A DNA stretch of 64,000 bases, taken from Duodenibacillus sp. (GTDB taxonomy: Bacteria > Pseudomonadota > Gammaproteobacteria > Burkholderiales > Burkholderiaceae_F). Of the stretch, positions 41,289 through 51,466 are shown one piece after another. A program made the position numbers and the translations under genes. Each line of letters opens with the position of its first letter. The first letter of the stretch is position 1. The DNA lies in the NCBI GenBank assembly GCA_963661915.1, contig CAVLDT010000002.1:21403-85402 (forward strand), given 5' to 3'. A model generated the notes under the pieces. That model made no database searches and was not told the DNA's origin. It saw nothing but the letters and a program-made list of their open reading frames with translations.

Positions 41289-41954
41289 ATGAAAGTCATC
41301 GCCACAACGCGTAAAGCGCAGGGTACGAGTGCGAGCCGCCGCCTGCGCCGCGAAAACAAAGTCCCTGGAATTCTCTACGGGAATAACGTCGACGCAACGC
41401 TCATTGAAATCGACCACAAGGAACTCTTCTACGATCTTCAGAAAGAAAAGTTCCACGCTTCGATCCTGACGATGGAATTGGATGGTAAGGAAGAGCTCGT
41501 CGTGTTGCGTGCTTTCCAGATGCATCCCTATAAGAGCCAGTGCCTGCACGTTGATTTCCAGCGCGTCGACCCGAATTCGAACGTGACAATGCGTGTTCCG
41601 TTGCACTTCTTCGGAGAGGAATCGAGTCCCGCTGTTAAACTCGAAAATGGCTTCATCAGCCACATCGTTTCCGCCGTTGACCTCAGCTGCTTGCCGAAGG
41701 ACCTTCCGGAATTTATCGATGTCGATCTTTCGCATATGACAGGTGCCATGACATTCCGTGTTAGCGACTTGAAGTTGCCGGAAAACGTTAAGGCTGTCAA
41801 CCCGAACCAGCCGATTGCAACTGTGACAACGATTGCGGATGAAACAGCTGTGCCTGCAGCCGCCGCGCCTGCTGACGGTGCTGCTGCACCTGCTGACGGT
41901 GCCGCCGCTGCTCCTGCAGCCGCTGCTGCTCCTGCTGAAGACAAGAAGGCCTAA
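41289..41954 (+). CDS. rplY: 50S ribosomal protein L25 / Ctc
   Basis: G..ASRRLRRE.KVPGILYG, HP.K...LHVDF.R, C-terminal Ctc domain and Ala/Pro tail. Confidence 0.96.
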   Translation: MKVIATTRKAQGTSASRRLRRENKVPGILYGNNVDATLIEIDHKELFYDLQKEKFHASILTMELDGKEELVVLRAFQMHPYKSQCLHVDFQRVDPNSNVTMRVPLHFFGEESSPAVKLENGFISHIVSAVDLSCLPKDLPEFIDVDLSHMTGAMTFRVSDLKLPENVKAVNPNQPIATVTTIADETAVPAAAAPADGAAAPADGAAAAPAAAAAPAEDKKA

Positions 41955-41979
41955 ACCTTCGAAGTTTTGCGTTACAGTT

Positions 41980-42014
41980 AGGTTCGCTAGCCGCCTGCGG
42001 CCGGCGAACCTTTT
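41980..42014 (+). terminator. Rho-independent terminator after rplY
   Basis: AGGTTCGCTAGC / GCCGGCGAACCT stem followed by TTT. Confidence 0.7.
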
Positions 42015-42025
42015 AGTCTTAAGCC

Positions 42026-42670
42026 ATGCCAAACACTTCTCCTATTCGTCTCATAGTTGGCCTGGGAAACCCTGGAGCCGATTACGCTGGGACTCGCCAC
42101 AATGCGGGTTACGACTTCCTTGATCTTGTTGCAAAGGAAGCGAAGATTTCTTTTCGAGAAGAGATGAAATTCTTTGGACTTCTCGCGAAACTACACACAG
42201 AGGATGGTGATCTTTGGCTCCTGAAACCCACGACATTTATGAATGCCTCGGGTTCGGCAGTACAGGCAATTGCCTCTTACTACAAGATTGCTCCCGAGGA
42301 GATTCTCGTTGCGCACGATGAACTGGACCTTCCCCCAGGGACGATGAAAATCAAATTAGGGGGCGGAAATGCAGGACACAATGGCTTAAAAGACATCACG
42401 GAAAAACTCTCTACACCCAACTTCTGGCGACTTCGCTTTGGCATTGGACACCCGAGAGTTTTTTGCCCACAAATGCAGGTTTACGATTGGGTCTTAGGGC
42501 GAGCTTCAGCAGAACACCGTGAAGGGCTGGAAACTTGCCTAAGAGCCGCTTTAAAGACTGTTAACAATCTTGCCGCAGGGAAGATGCAAAGTGTTGAGCG
42601 AACGATTATGAAGTTTGCTCGGCCGCCGAAAGAAAAAGAAAAGCCTCAAACTGAAAAGGAAACTTCATAG
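42026..42670 (+). CDS. pth: Peptidyl-tRNA hydrolase
   Basis: LIVGLGNPG, TRHNAG, KPTTFMN.SG, HDELD, GHNGLK. Confidence 0.98.
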   Translation: MPNTSPIRLIVGLGNPGADYAGTRHNAGYDFLDLVAKEAKISFREEMKFFGLLAKLHTEDGDLWLLKPTTFMNASGSAVQAIASYYKIAPEEILVAHDELDLPPGTMKIKLGGGNAGHNGLKDITEKLSTPNFWRLRFGIGHPRVFCPQMQVYDWVLGRASAEHREGLETCLRAALKTVNNLAAGKMQSVERTIMKFARPPKEKEKPQTEKETS

Positions 42671-43165
42671 ATGACTGTCAAATTGCTCATGAGTGCCTGC
42701 TTAGTCGGGCAATGCTGTCGATATGACGCAAAAATGATTACTGGTATTGTGGATAAACGCCTTCACGTGATGCTAAATACCGGAGAGGTTGCTGTGCTTT
42801 GCCCGGAGTGTGCCGCAGGACTTGACACACCGCGCGAAGCAGCTGAGATTGAACCTGGGAAGACCGCTGATGACGTTCTCGCCGGGAATGGCCGCGTCTT
42901 AACAGAATCTGGGAAAGATGTCACCGAAGCCTACATTCAGGGAGCAGAAAAGTTTGTGGCTCTTGCCAAAAAATATAACGTCAATACAGCCATTCTTAAG
43001 TCTAAGAGCCCAAGTTGCGGGAAGTGCCAAGTCTATGATGGCACACACTCTGGAAAACTCATCGATGGCATTGGCGTTGCTGCCCGGGCGCTTCAAAAGG
43101 CAGGCGTCACACTTTACGATGAGCATGAAATTCAGGCGGCTCTTCACTCACTAGAAAATTCTTAA
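42671..43165 (+). CDS. DUF523 family protein (2-thiouracil desulfurase TudS-like)
   Basis: SACL.G..CRYD, CPE...[14 protein letters not shown] motifs. Confidence 0.85.
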   Translation: MTVKLLMSACLVGQCCRYDAKMITGIVDKRLHVMLNTGEVAVLCPECAAGLDTPREAAEIEPGKTADDVLAGNGRVLTESGKDVTEAYIQGAEKFVALAKKYNVNTAILKSKSPSCGKCQVYDGTHSGKLIDGIGVAARALQKAGVTLYDEHEIQAALHSLENS

Positions 43166-43179
43166 AGGGACACATCACC

Positions 43180-44274
43180 ATGGGACTCAAATGCGGAATC
43201 GTCGGACTACCGAATGTCGGGAAATCCACCCTTTTTAACGCACTCACAAAAGCGGGCATTGCCGCGGAAAACTACCCCTTCTGCACGATTGAGCCCAATG
43301 TTGGCATCGTCGAAGTTCCAGATCAGCGTCTCGCGGCTCTTGCAAAGATTGTGAATCCCGCTCGCATCGTTCCAGCAACGGTTGAGTTTGTCGATATCGC
43401 TGGTCTCGTTGCAGGTGCAAGCAAGGGCGAGGGCCTCGGAAATCAGTTCCTAGCCAACATCCGCGAGTGCGATGCAATTGCGCACATCGTCCGCTGTTTT
43501 AATGACGAAAACGTCGTTCACGTTGCTGGCAAAGTCAATCCGATTGAAGATATCGGCGTAATTAACACGGAACTTGCCCTAGCGGACCTTGCTAGTGTTG
43601 AGAAGTCTCTTTCTCGCTATCAAAAGCAAGCGCGTCAGGGTGGAGACAAAGAAGCTCTGAAACTTGTCCTTGCCCTAGAAAAGATTCAACCCATTCTCAA
43701 CGAGGGGAAACCCGCTCGTGCGGCAAATCTCTCAAAAGAAGAGCTCGAAGTCTTGCGTCCCCTCTTCCTTTTGACATTAAAGCCAGTGATGTATGTTGCC
43801 AATGTCGATGATGCTGGTTTTGAAAACAATCCCCTTCTTGATGCCGTTCGTAACTACGCGGCAGAGGAAAAGGCGCCTGTCGTTGCCATCTGCGCCAAGA
43901 CCGAGGCTGAGATCGCCGACATGGGAGAAGAAGACAAGGCTGTCTTCTTAGCTGACATGGGAATGACAGAAGCGGGTCTTGACCGCGTCATCCGCGCTGG
44001 CTTTAGTCTTCTTGGATTGCAGACCTTCTTTACCGCTGGTCCGAAAGAAGTCCGCGCGTGGACAATCCACAAGGGAGATACGGCACCGAAGGCTGCTGGC
44101 GTCATTCACACAGACTTTGAGCGAGGCTTTATTCGTGCTCAGACGATTGCCTATGAAGACTACATCGCACTAGGTGGTGAAAAGGGTGCTCAGGAAGCAG
44201 GAAAAATGCGGGCTGAAGGAAAGGACTACATCGTTGCTGATGGCGATGTGATGAACTTCCTCTTTAACGTATAA
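43180..44274 (+). CDS. ychF: Redox-regulated ATPase YchF
   Basis: [43 protein letters not shown]. Confidence 0.99.
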   Translation: MGLKCGIVGLPNVGKSTLFNALTKAGIAAENYPFCTIEPNVGIVEVPDQRLAALAKIVNPARIVPATVEFVDIAGLVAGASKGEGLGNQFLANIRECDAIAHIVRCFNDENVVHVAGKVNPIEDIGVINTELALADLASVEKSLSRYQKQARQGGDKEALKLVLALEKIQPILNEGKPARAANLSKEELEVLRPLFLLTLKPVMYVANVDDAGFENNPLLDAVRNYAAEEKAPVVAICAKTEAEIADMGEEDKAVFLADMGMTEAGLDRVIRAGFSLLGLQTFFTAGPKEVRAWTIHKGDTAPKAAGVIHTDFERGFIRAQTIAYEDYIALGGEKGAQEAGKMRAEGKDYIVADGDVMNFLFNV

Positions 44275-44305
44275 CTGTTACTTAAGAAAATTTAAGTCGC
44301 TCTGA

Positions 44306-44340
44306 TTTGCCGTTGTTACTAGCAAGTATCAACGGCAAAA
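44306..44340. terminator. Terminator between convergent ychF and yggT
   Basis: TTTGCCGTTG.TACT / AGTA.CAACGGCAAA inverted repeat. Confidence 0.7.
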
Positions 44341-44347
44341 TCGTCTT

Positions 44348-44899
44348 TTAGAGAAGTAAAAGCCCAGAACTCGCGGGTGTAATGACGTAACCCTGCAGGG
44401 CGCTCAAAATCACAAAGAGAACAAGGGGCGTCAGGTCGATGCGACCGATCATCGGGATGATGCGACGCAAGGGACGAAGGAAAGGATCAACTAGCGTAGA
44501 AAGGAGAGCGTAGTAAGGAGAAAACGGATTTGAGAAAAAACTCATCACGCAGTAGAAAATCAAACACCACGTCAAAATATCAACAGCCCACTTCACTACG
44601 AGTGCAAAAGGCGCTAAGGCAAAAGAAATACCCGTAGCAGGGAAACCCGTTACTTCGCGAGCAAAGATTGTCACAACGAGAGCCACAATAAGGGCTGAAG
44701 CGAGACTTGCCCAATCCCAATTGCCACGTGCTCTAACAACGTAGGCCACGGGATTTACGAGCCAATCAGTTAACTTCCAAGCAAACCGCACCATCGGGTC
44801 TCGTGGACTAATGGCAAGCGTCCAAAGATAAGCACGTAAAAGAATGATGCACCCTAAGACGGATGCAACGAGATTCACAAGCCAAAACAAAAAATTCAT
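44348..44899 (-). CDS. yggT: YggT family membrane protein
   Basis: Two YGGT repeats: LTDWLV.P...DWASL and PFLRPLRRIIP..G.IDLTPL. Confidence 0.88.
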   Translation of the reverse strand: MNFLFWLVNLVASVLGCIILLRAYLWTLAISPRDPMVRFAWKLTDWLVNPVAYVVRARGNWDWASLASALIVALVVTIFAREVTGFPATGISFALAPFALVVKWAVDILTWCLIFYCVMSFFSNPFSPYYALLSTLVDPFLRPLRRIIPMIGRIDLTPLVLFVILSALQGYVITPASSGLLLL

Positions 44900-44941
44900 T
44901 TCTTTCTTAAATCCTATTTATGCTCAAAAGCGCCTTTTCTT

Positions 44942-45583
44942 TTAAGCGAAACGAGTCCCCGAGATTTTTGCCTTCATTAGGCTACGCGCGAGAGCCGCAG
45001 CGGCGCCTGGAAAATCGGGGGCACCAAATTGTTCTTTTTCTCTTTCTAGCCGCACCCAATCGAAGTGTGCGCCGGGATCTGTTTTCCTTCCTGGCGCCAC
45101 ATCACTATGCGCAGCAACAAACCGAATCGGATAGCGCTTTGCTATTGCGGAAAGGAGTTTAACAAGACTCTCGTACTGCGCATCTTCAAAGGGAACGTCA
45201 TCTGTTCCTTCAAGTTCGATACCAATGGAAAAGTCGTTACAGTTTTCGTGGCCCATAAAGGCGCTGATGCCTGCGTGCCAAGCGCGGTCAGCGCAACTTA
45301 CAAACTGCTTAATTAGGCCTTTTCTTGTTATAAAAAAGTGCGAGGAGACGCGCAAGCCCTCAAGGTCAGCAAGCCTTGCGTCTTTTGTCGTATCAAGGGT
45401 ACCAAGGAAAAGCGCTTCCACATCACCCGTTGCAAACTCTCCAGGAGGAAGGGTGATGTTATGAAGGATGACAAGAGAGATTTCTGTTCCCGTGGGTCTC
45501 TCGTTAAAGTGCTCGGAATAAAGGTGTTCAACCCCTTCGCACCATCCGTCTTCAGTTATGTTGAGTACACGTTCACGCATCAT
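44942..45583 (-). CDS. ampD: 1,6-anhydro-N-acetylmuramyl-L-alanine amidase
   Basis: HNITLPPGEF, VSSHF, RAWHAG.S, NDFSIGIELEG, HSDVAPGRKTDPG. Confidence 0.96.
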   Translation of the reverse strand: MMRERVLNITEDGWCEGVEHLYSEHFNERPTGTEISLVILHNITLPPGEFATGDVEALFLGTLDTTKDARLADLEGLRVSSHFFITRKGLIKQFVSCADRAWHAGISAFMGHENCNDFSIGIELEGTDDVPFEDAQYESLVKLLSAIAKRYPIRFVAAHSDVAPGRKTDPGAHFDWVRLEREKEQFGAPDFPGAAAALARSLMKAKISGTRFA

Positions 45584-45812
45584 CGTCTTTTCGCGCCTTC
45601 GTGCGGCAAGCCTCTGAGCAGTATTTCACACCTGACCCCAGGACAGCTTCATCCTCAGGAAAATGCGTCTTACACACGGGACACTCACACATCCGAACTG
45701 TGGTCTTCTTGGGGGATTTCTTCTTGGAACGCTCAGAGAAGCCCGCGAATGCCATTCTCACTAGTGCGTAAAGAATGATGCCCAAGCCAAGAAAAAAGAG
45801 AATGCGTCCCAT
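45573..45812 (-). CDS. PP0621 family small protein
   Basis: N-terminal TM, M..C.VC..H.P..EA and YCS motif; conserved position between ccsA and ampD. Confidence 0.75.
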   Translation of the reverse strand: MGRILFFLGLGIILYALVRMAFAGFSERSKKKSPKKTTVRMCECPVCKTHFPEDEAVLGSGVKYCSEACRTKARKDDDA

Positions 45813-45829
45813 ACGATTCGATAGTCCTT

Positions 45830-46642
45830 CTAACCCATACTAAGTTCGATTAGCAGTCGATAGACAAGATAGGCAATAACAAGAGCGGCGGCTGCAACCC
45901 AAAACCACGTAAGAGCCGTTTTACCACGCCATCCAAAACGGAATCTACCGACAAGCAACACCGCAAAGACAATCCATGAAATCCATGTGAGAATCGTCTT
46001 GTGGTCAAACCCAATAATTACATGCCAATACTCGCTTGTGACCCAGGCGCCGAAAAAGAGCACGCCCGTCACAGAGAGGAATGCGCAGACGATAATCCGA
46101 AAGAAAATCCTCTCCATTGCCATGAGGTCTGGCATATTGGCTAACCACCCCTTATCAACATCTCCTACAGGGTGTTTTATTTTGCGGGACATCGCTGTGA
46201 TTAGCACTGCCTGCACTGCCGCATCAATCGTAAAGCCGTAGGCAAGGAAGGCAAACGCTAAGTGCGCCTTAAAGGCAAAAGAAGCGTCTGTAGAAATCAC
46301 AAATCCTGGAAAAACTTCAGGCAAAAGACACGCTGGAGCGGACAAAAGAAGAACAAAGCCCATCAAAACCGTTACACGGCGGATGGCACTTTCTACGATG
46401 ATGACAAAACTTGCTGCCCAAAGAGCAGCTGAGGCCGCCAATCCAAAGCCAAATGTCACAGCACCACCGCCAAAAATGCCTTTAGTAAGGCACACGGCGT
46501 GTAAGACTAGAGCAAGCGTTGCTCCATAAAGTAGACCCCGCCCTGCTACCGCTTTAGAGCTCCTAAGAGAACGCAAAATCAGCACCCCGTAAACCACATA
46601 CAGGAATGCCGCAGCCCAAGCTAATGGAAAGCCTTCTTGCAT
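45830..46642 (-). CDS. Cytochrome c assembly protein CcsA/YpjD family
   Basis: Multi-TM, P.L..MER..F, DHKT....SW..F..LL.GR...GWRG; divergent from ffh. Confidence 0.85.
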   Translation of the reverse strand: MQEGFPLAWAAAFLYVVYGVLILRSLRSSKAVAGRGLLYGATLALVLHAVCLTKGIFGGGAVTFGFGLAASAALWAASFVIIVESAIRRVTVLMGFVLLLSAPACLLPEVFPGFVISTDASFAFKAHLAFAFLAYGFTIDAAVQAVLITAMSRKIKHPVGDVDKGWLANMPDLMAMERIFFRIIVCAFLSVTGVLFFGAWVTSEYWHVIIGFDHKTILTWISWIVFAVLLVGRFRFGWRGKTALTWFWVAAAALVIAYLVYRLLIELSMG

Positions 46643-46922
46643 TCGAAAAATCCACTCCCACTCTTACTTTTGTTTTTCTCTATGAGAAACGAATTGTGCA
46701 TCAAAACTCTGAGGCTGTCTTTTAAACCTCGGGAATTTCTCTGTCAAGCGATATTGTTAGTGCCTCCTAACGCCGTCAAGGCTCGCATAAAAAAGCGGGG
46801 TTTTGTAACGCAATTGCTAGAATAATGCCCATCTTTGAATCGCCTCCTACGGGCCCCCTGTAGGAAAGTCACGCCGTGTGTTGGCGAGCGATTCAACACC
46901 CGTACACTCAGGCTTTAAGACC

Positions 46923-48335
46923 ATGTTTGATAACCTTACGACAAAACTTGCTCACGTTGTTAAAACGATGCGAGGGCAAGCAAGACTTACTGAAGAAAAC
47001 ACGCGAGATATGCTTCGCGAAGTGCGTTTAGCACTCCTAGAAGCTGACGTTGCCCTTCCCGTTGTTCGAGAACTAACAAGTCGCATCAAGGCCAAGGCTC
47101 TTGGTCAAGAAGTTATTGGATCCTTAAATCCAGGACAAGCTCTAGTAGGCGTCGTAGAAAAAGAACTCACTGCGGTTATTGGTGGTGACCTTTCGCGCGA
47201 CGAACAGAGTATCCACCTTAATGTTCAGCCGCCTGCTGTTATTCTTCTTGCGGGCCTTCAGGGTGCTGGTAAAACAACCACCGCTGGAAAACTTGCGAAG
47301 CACCTCATTGAAACCACAAAGAAGCACGTTCTCACGGTTTCCGCTGACGTCTATAGACCCGCGGCTATCGAGCAGTTAAAGACTGTTTCTGCGCAAGCGG
47401 GGGCCGAGTTCTTCCCGAGCGCCGTGGGAGAGAAGCCACTAGACATTGTCTCCCGCGCCCTAGATCACGCAAAACGCCACTTCTTTGACGTTCTCATTGT
47501 CGATACGGCAGGTCGCCTTGCAATTGATGAAGCGATGATGGAAGAAGTCTCCGCTCTCGCAGACTTCTTAAAGCCCGCGGAAACTCTCTTCGTTGTTGAC
47601 GCAATGCTTGGACAAGACGCCGTTAACACGGCTCACGCCTTCGATGAGAAGCTCTCTCTTACGGGCATCATCCTCACAAAGCTTGATGGTGACAGTCGAG
47701 GGGGCGCGGCCCTTTCTGTTCGCATGGTTACCGGTAAACCCATTAAGTTTGTGGGCACGGGAGAAAAGCTCGATGGTTTCGAAGCCTTTAACCCAGAGCA
47801 GATGGCAGGACGCATCCTTGGCATGGGAGACATTGTTTCTCTTGTGCGAGATGTCACGAAGAAAGTTGATGTCGAGCAGGCAAAGAAACTAGCAGATAAA
47901 TTTAAGAGCGGAAACCGTTTTGACTTGGAAGACTTCCGAGCACAGATTTCTCAAGTGAAAAACATGGGAAATTTCTCAAGCATCATCGATAAGCTCCCTG
48001 CTCAGTTCCAAGAAGCGGCTTCTCACGTAAACGAAGATGCAGCGGCGCGCTCTATTCGTCACACAGATGGCATCCTCAATTCAATGACGCCTTACGAGAG
48101 GCGTAACCCCGACATTATTAAAGCAAGTCGTAAGCGCCGCATTGCAGCGGGAGCTGGCGTCTCCGTGCAGGAAGTTAACCGCGTCTTAAAGCAATTTGAG
48201 CAGACGCGCGATGTGATGAAGAAGATGAAAAAAGGAGGCCTAGGGCGCCTCATGCGCTCCTTCGGTGGCGGCATGGGTGGAGGCTTCCCAGGGATGGGGG
48301 GAATGCCACCTGGAATGGGCGGTTTCCCGCGTTAA
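46923..48335 (+). CDS. ffh: Signal recognition particle protein Ffh
   Basis: MFDNLT, ALLEADV, GLQGAGKTT, DTAGR, TKLDGD.RGG, SRKRRIA. Confidence 0.98.
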   Translation: MFDNLTTKLAHVVKTMRGQARLTEENTRDMLREVRLALLEADVALPVVRELTSRIKAKALGQEVIGSLNPGQALVGVVEKELTAVIGGDLSRDEQSIHLNVQPPAVILLAGLQGAGKTTTAGKLAKHLIETTKKHVLTVSADVYRPAAIEQLKTVSAQAGAEFFPSAVGEKPLDIVSRALDHAKRHFFDVLIVDTAGRLAIDEAMMEEVSALADFLKPAETLFVVDAMLGQDAVNTAHAFDEKLSLTGIILTKLDGDSRGGAALSVRMVTGKPIKFVGTGEKLDGFEAFNPEQMAGRILGMGDIVSLVRDVTKKVDVEQAKKLADKFKSGNRFDLEDFRAQISQVKNMGNFSSIIDKLPAQFQEAASHVNEDAAARSIRHTDGILNSMTPYERRNPDIIKASRKRRIAAGAGVSVQEVNRVLKQFEQTRDVMKKMKKGGLGRLMRSFGGGMGGGFPGMGGMPPGMGGFPR

Positions 48336-48348
48336 GAAGAGGCACACT

Positions 48349-49089
48349 ATGGCTAATCGCCTCAGTCGCTTCGAGTATTTCGACACTCCTGCTGGGAGAA
48401 CCGATGCAGCGTGGCAGTTGCGTGCTTTTAAGCGCTTTGCAGCCACGCCCTCGGACTCCGCTCTGCAGTTAGGAGTATCGAGTATTGCAGCGCTCTCTCA
48501 GACGAAAGCCGCACTAAGGATTCTCGCTTCCGACAGCGCCCCATTAGACCGTGATAGTGATGTCTCTATGATTTTGTGTGAAGAGACCGCTCTTCCTCTA
48601 GAAAGTGAATCTATCGACCTTGTCCTTTGGCCTCACGGCCTAGATAGACACGCAAACAGTGCCCAGGCTCTTTCTGAGATTTCTCGCGTTCTTTCCCCTG
48701 AAGGCCTTCTCGTTGTCACATTTTTCAATAGTCGTGGCCCTTGGGCTCTAAGAAGAAAACTTGCCTTCGTACCGCCCCTTCTTCCCGAGGACATTTGTCC
48801 CTGTTCAGTGAACTCCGCAAGGGCACAACTCCTACGCGCAGGCCTTGCGACAGAGGGTGGCGCATACGGCGTCTACGGCATTGACCCAAAGGAGGCTTCG
48901 GGAGAAAAATCCGCACTAGAAAAAGCAGGAGACCGTTGGTGGCCAGTTTTCGGAAATTTAATTGTTCTTACTGCGCGTAAACACGTCTCCGGGATGCACC
49001 TCGTTGGGAAGGCGCAGTTCTCCTCCCCAAACCTTGGCCAGTTTGGAGCCGCCACTGCTGGAAATGGCACACAAAAGGAAAGTCTGTGA
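48349..49089 (+). CDS. Class I SAM-dependent methyltransferase-like protein (YafS-like)
   Basis: LP..SESIDLV..PH.L, L.E..RVL.PEG, E.AGDRWWP; conserved position before rnhA. Confidence 0.75.
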   Translation: MANRLSRFEYFDTPAGRTDAAWQLRAFKRFAATPSDSALQLGVSSIAALSQTKAALRILASDSAPLDRDSDVSMILCEETALPLESESIDLVLWPHGLDRHANSAQALSEISRVLSPEGLLVVTFFNSRGPWALRRKLAFVPPLLPEDICPCSVNSARAQLLRAGLATEGGAYGVYGIDPKEASGEKSALEKAGDRWWPVFGNLIVLTARKHVSGMHLVGKAQFSSPNLGQFGAATAGNGTQKESL

Positions 49090-49547
49090 CAGAAGGAAAA
49101 GAAACTAAACCACGGCTACACATTTGGACAGACGGCGCCTGTAAATTCAATCCAGGCCCTGGCGGCTGGGGTGTTTACATGACCTACGGAGAGCGTTCTA
49201 TTGAACTCTGTGGGGGCGAAGCTCTTACAACGAATAATCGGATGGAACTCACTGCAGTCATTAGTGCCCTAAAGGCACTAAAACGCCCCTGCCCTCTTGT
49301 GATTCACTTAGATAGTTCCTATGTGAAAGACGGTATCACGCAGTGGATTCACAATTGGAAAAGAAAGGGCTGGAAGACAGCCGCAGGAAAACCTGTGAAA
49401 AACGATGATCTTTGGCGAGAACTCGATGCACTCATTGGCCGCTTTACAATCGAGTGGGATTGGGTCAAGGGGCACGTAGGCATTGAAGGGAATGAAAAAG
49501 CCGATGAACTCGCTAACAAGGGCGTTGCTCCCTATCTCGAGAAATAA
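49086..49547 (+). CDS. rnhA: Ribonuclease HI
   Basis: [22 protein letters not shown]...GWKT, WVKGH...GNE.AD.LA. Confidence 0.98.
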   Translation: MTEGKETKPRLHIWTDGACKFNPGPGGWGVYMTYGERSIELCGGEALTTNNRMELTAVISALKALKRPCPLVIHLDSSYVKDGITQWIHNWKRKGWKTAAGKPVKNDDLWRELDALIGRFTIEWDWVKGHVGIEGNEKADELANKGVAPYLEK

Positions 49548-49556
49548 TAGAAAACC

Positions 49557-50300
49557 ATGAGACAGATTAGTCTAGATACAGAAACAACAGGAATGGACGC
49601 CACAGGTGGCGACCGAATTCTCGAGATTGGCTGCGTAGAGTTTCTCGGGCGCACACTCTCAGATGATAAGAAATACTACTTTCACGTCTATATCAACCCA
49701 GAGCGTGAAGTGCCTGAAGATGCTGTAAAGATCCACGGACTCACAAACGAATTCCTTTCTGACAAACCCCTCTTTGCTGACATTGTCGATGACTTTTTAA
49801 ACTTCGTAAAAGGCGCAGAACTTTTCATTCACAATGCGGCATTTGACGTTGGATTCTTAAATGAAGAACTCGCTCGCCTTGGAAAAGGAAAAATCGAAGA
49901 CTATTGCCCCAAAATTACAGACACATTAGCCATCGCTCGTTCGCTTTTCCCTGGGCTTAGAAATAACCTCGATATCCTCTGCTCACGCTACGAGATTGAC
50001 AATTCCTCTCGAACGCTACACGGAGCTCTTTTAGACGCAAGGCTCTTAGCGGAGGTCTATCTTGCGATGACCCGTAAGCAAGAGTCGCTTCTTGCAGAGT
50101 TTGCAGGGGCAGACGAAGTGCCTGACCCCATCCCAAAACCAGAGGCATTTATCGCCACTCACGCAACAGAAGAAGAACTTTCTAGTCACGAAGCGTTTCT
50201 CAAACACATTGACGAAAAGAGTAAGGGAAAAACCTTTTGGCGTAAGTGTGATGAGGCAAGCGTTGGTGAAAAGTCAGAGGCAAGAGAGAAATCCGTTTGA
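49557..50300 (+). CDS. dnaQ: DNA polymerase III epsilon subunit
   Basis: LDTETTG, HNAAFD, HGALLDA.LLAEVYL.MT. Confidence 0.97.
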   Translation: MRQISLDTETTGMDATGGDRILEIGCVEFLGRTLSDDKKYYFHVYINPEREVPEDAVKIHGLTNEFLSDKPLFADIVDDFLNFVKGAELFIHNAAFDVGFLNEELARLGKGKIEDYCPKITDTLAIARSLFPGLRNNLDILCSRYEIDNSSRTLHGALLDARLLAEVYLAMTRKQESLLAEFAGADEVPDPIPKPEAFIATHATEEELSSHEAFLKHIDEKSKGKTFWRKCDEASVGEKSEAREKSV

Positions 50301-50413
50301 ATTTTCGGCACTTTTTCTCATTCTTCCTTAAAAGCCGTTACACTGTTGCCCCTTATCCCTACGCACACGAGAAACTTTGAGGTTCCGTGCGCGTTTCGTT
50401 CTTGGGACAATTC

Positions 50414-51466
50414 ATGATTAAACTTGAACATATCACGCAGCGATTTTCAACGCCGGAAGGTAAAGACTTCTATGCCTTGCGCAACGTTTCTCTATCGATT
50501 CGCCGCGGAGAAATTTTTGGCATCATCGGCCGCTCGGGCGCTGGGAAATCCACCCTTGTGCGCTGCATTAATCTGCTGAATCGCCCGACAGAGGGCCGAG
50601 TCAGTGTTGATGGCGTCTGTCTAAATGACCTCACTGCCACGGAACTACGTCGCACTCGGCAGCAGATTGCGATGATTTTCCAACACTTTAACATTCTCTC
50701 TTCTCGTACAGTTTATGAGAATGTTGCCTTCCCGCTTGAACTCGTTGGTATGAAAAAAGAGGCTATCCGAGAAAAGATTACGCCTCTAATTGAACTCGTT
50801 GGCTTAACAGAACACGCAAACAAATACCCCTCGCAGCTCTCTGGCGGCCAGAAGCAACGCGTTGGTATTGCGAGAGCCTTAGCTAGCGACCCGAAAGTTC
50901 TCTTAAGTGACGAAGCAACAAGCGCTTTAGATCCCGAGACAACCGTTGCCACACTTGAACTCTTAAAGCGCATCAATAAGAAGTTGGGTCTTACGATTGT
51001 GATGATTACCCATCAGATGGATGTCGTAAAACAGATTTGCGACCGCGTTGCTGTCATGGACGCAGGCGAGGTTATCGAGGAAGGTGAAGTACTCGATATC
51101 TTCCGCAATCCTCAGCACGAAACGACCCGCAAGATGGTCGGTACCGTCATGGCGCAGATCATTCCGCCCTCAATGATTGAACGCTTAAGAGCGGAAGTAA
51201 AGACAATTGACCCAAAGAAGACGCCTCACATCTTGAGGCTTGCCTTCGTGGGTGATGAAGTTGACCGCCCTGTCATTAGTGAAGCCTCTAGACTTTTTAA
51301 CGTTGACTTGAGCATCTTGCTAGCCAATGTCGATCAGATCCAAGGGAAGAACTTCGGAACGCTCACTGTCATGATTACCTGCGAAGACGAACCCTTCGAG
51401 AGAACCGTCAACTACCTAAGAGAACAAAACGTCACTGTCAAGGAGATTACAAAACATGTCCTCTGA
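50414..51466 (+). CDS. metN: Methionine ABC transporter ATP-binding protein
   Basis: GRSGAGKS, IFQHFN, LSGGQKQRV, DEATSALDP, C-terminal NIL domain. Confidence 0.95.
   Translation: MIKLEHITQRFSTPEGKDFYALRNVSLSIRRGEIFGIIGRSGAGKSTLVRCINLLNRPTEGRVSVDGVCLNDLTATELRRTRQQIAMIFQHFNILSSRTVYENVAFPLELVGMKKEAIREKITPLIELVGLTEHANKYPSQLSGGQKQRVGIARALASDPKVLLSDEATSALDPETTVATLELLKRINKKLGLTIVMITHQMDVVKQICDRVAVMDAGEVIEEGEVLDIFRNPQHETTRKMVGTVMAQIIPPSMIERLRAEVKTIDPKKTPHILRLAFVGDEVDRPVISEASRLFNVDLSILLANVDQIQGKNFGTLTVMITCEDEPFERTVNYLREQNVTVKEITKHVL

Noticed and set aside
41187..41964. 11-bp direct repeat AACCTTCGAAG at the prs and rplY stop codons
   Set aside because: It flanks a core gene in its normal position; no mobility evidence, so probably chance or a local hairpin motif.
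41256..42032. 258-aa antisense ORF over rplY
   Set aside because: Shadow of a highly biased ribosomal protein gene.
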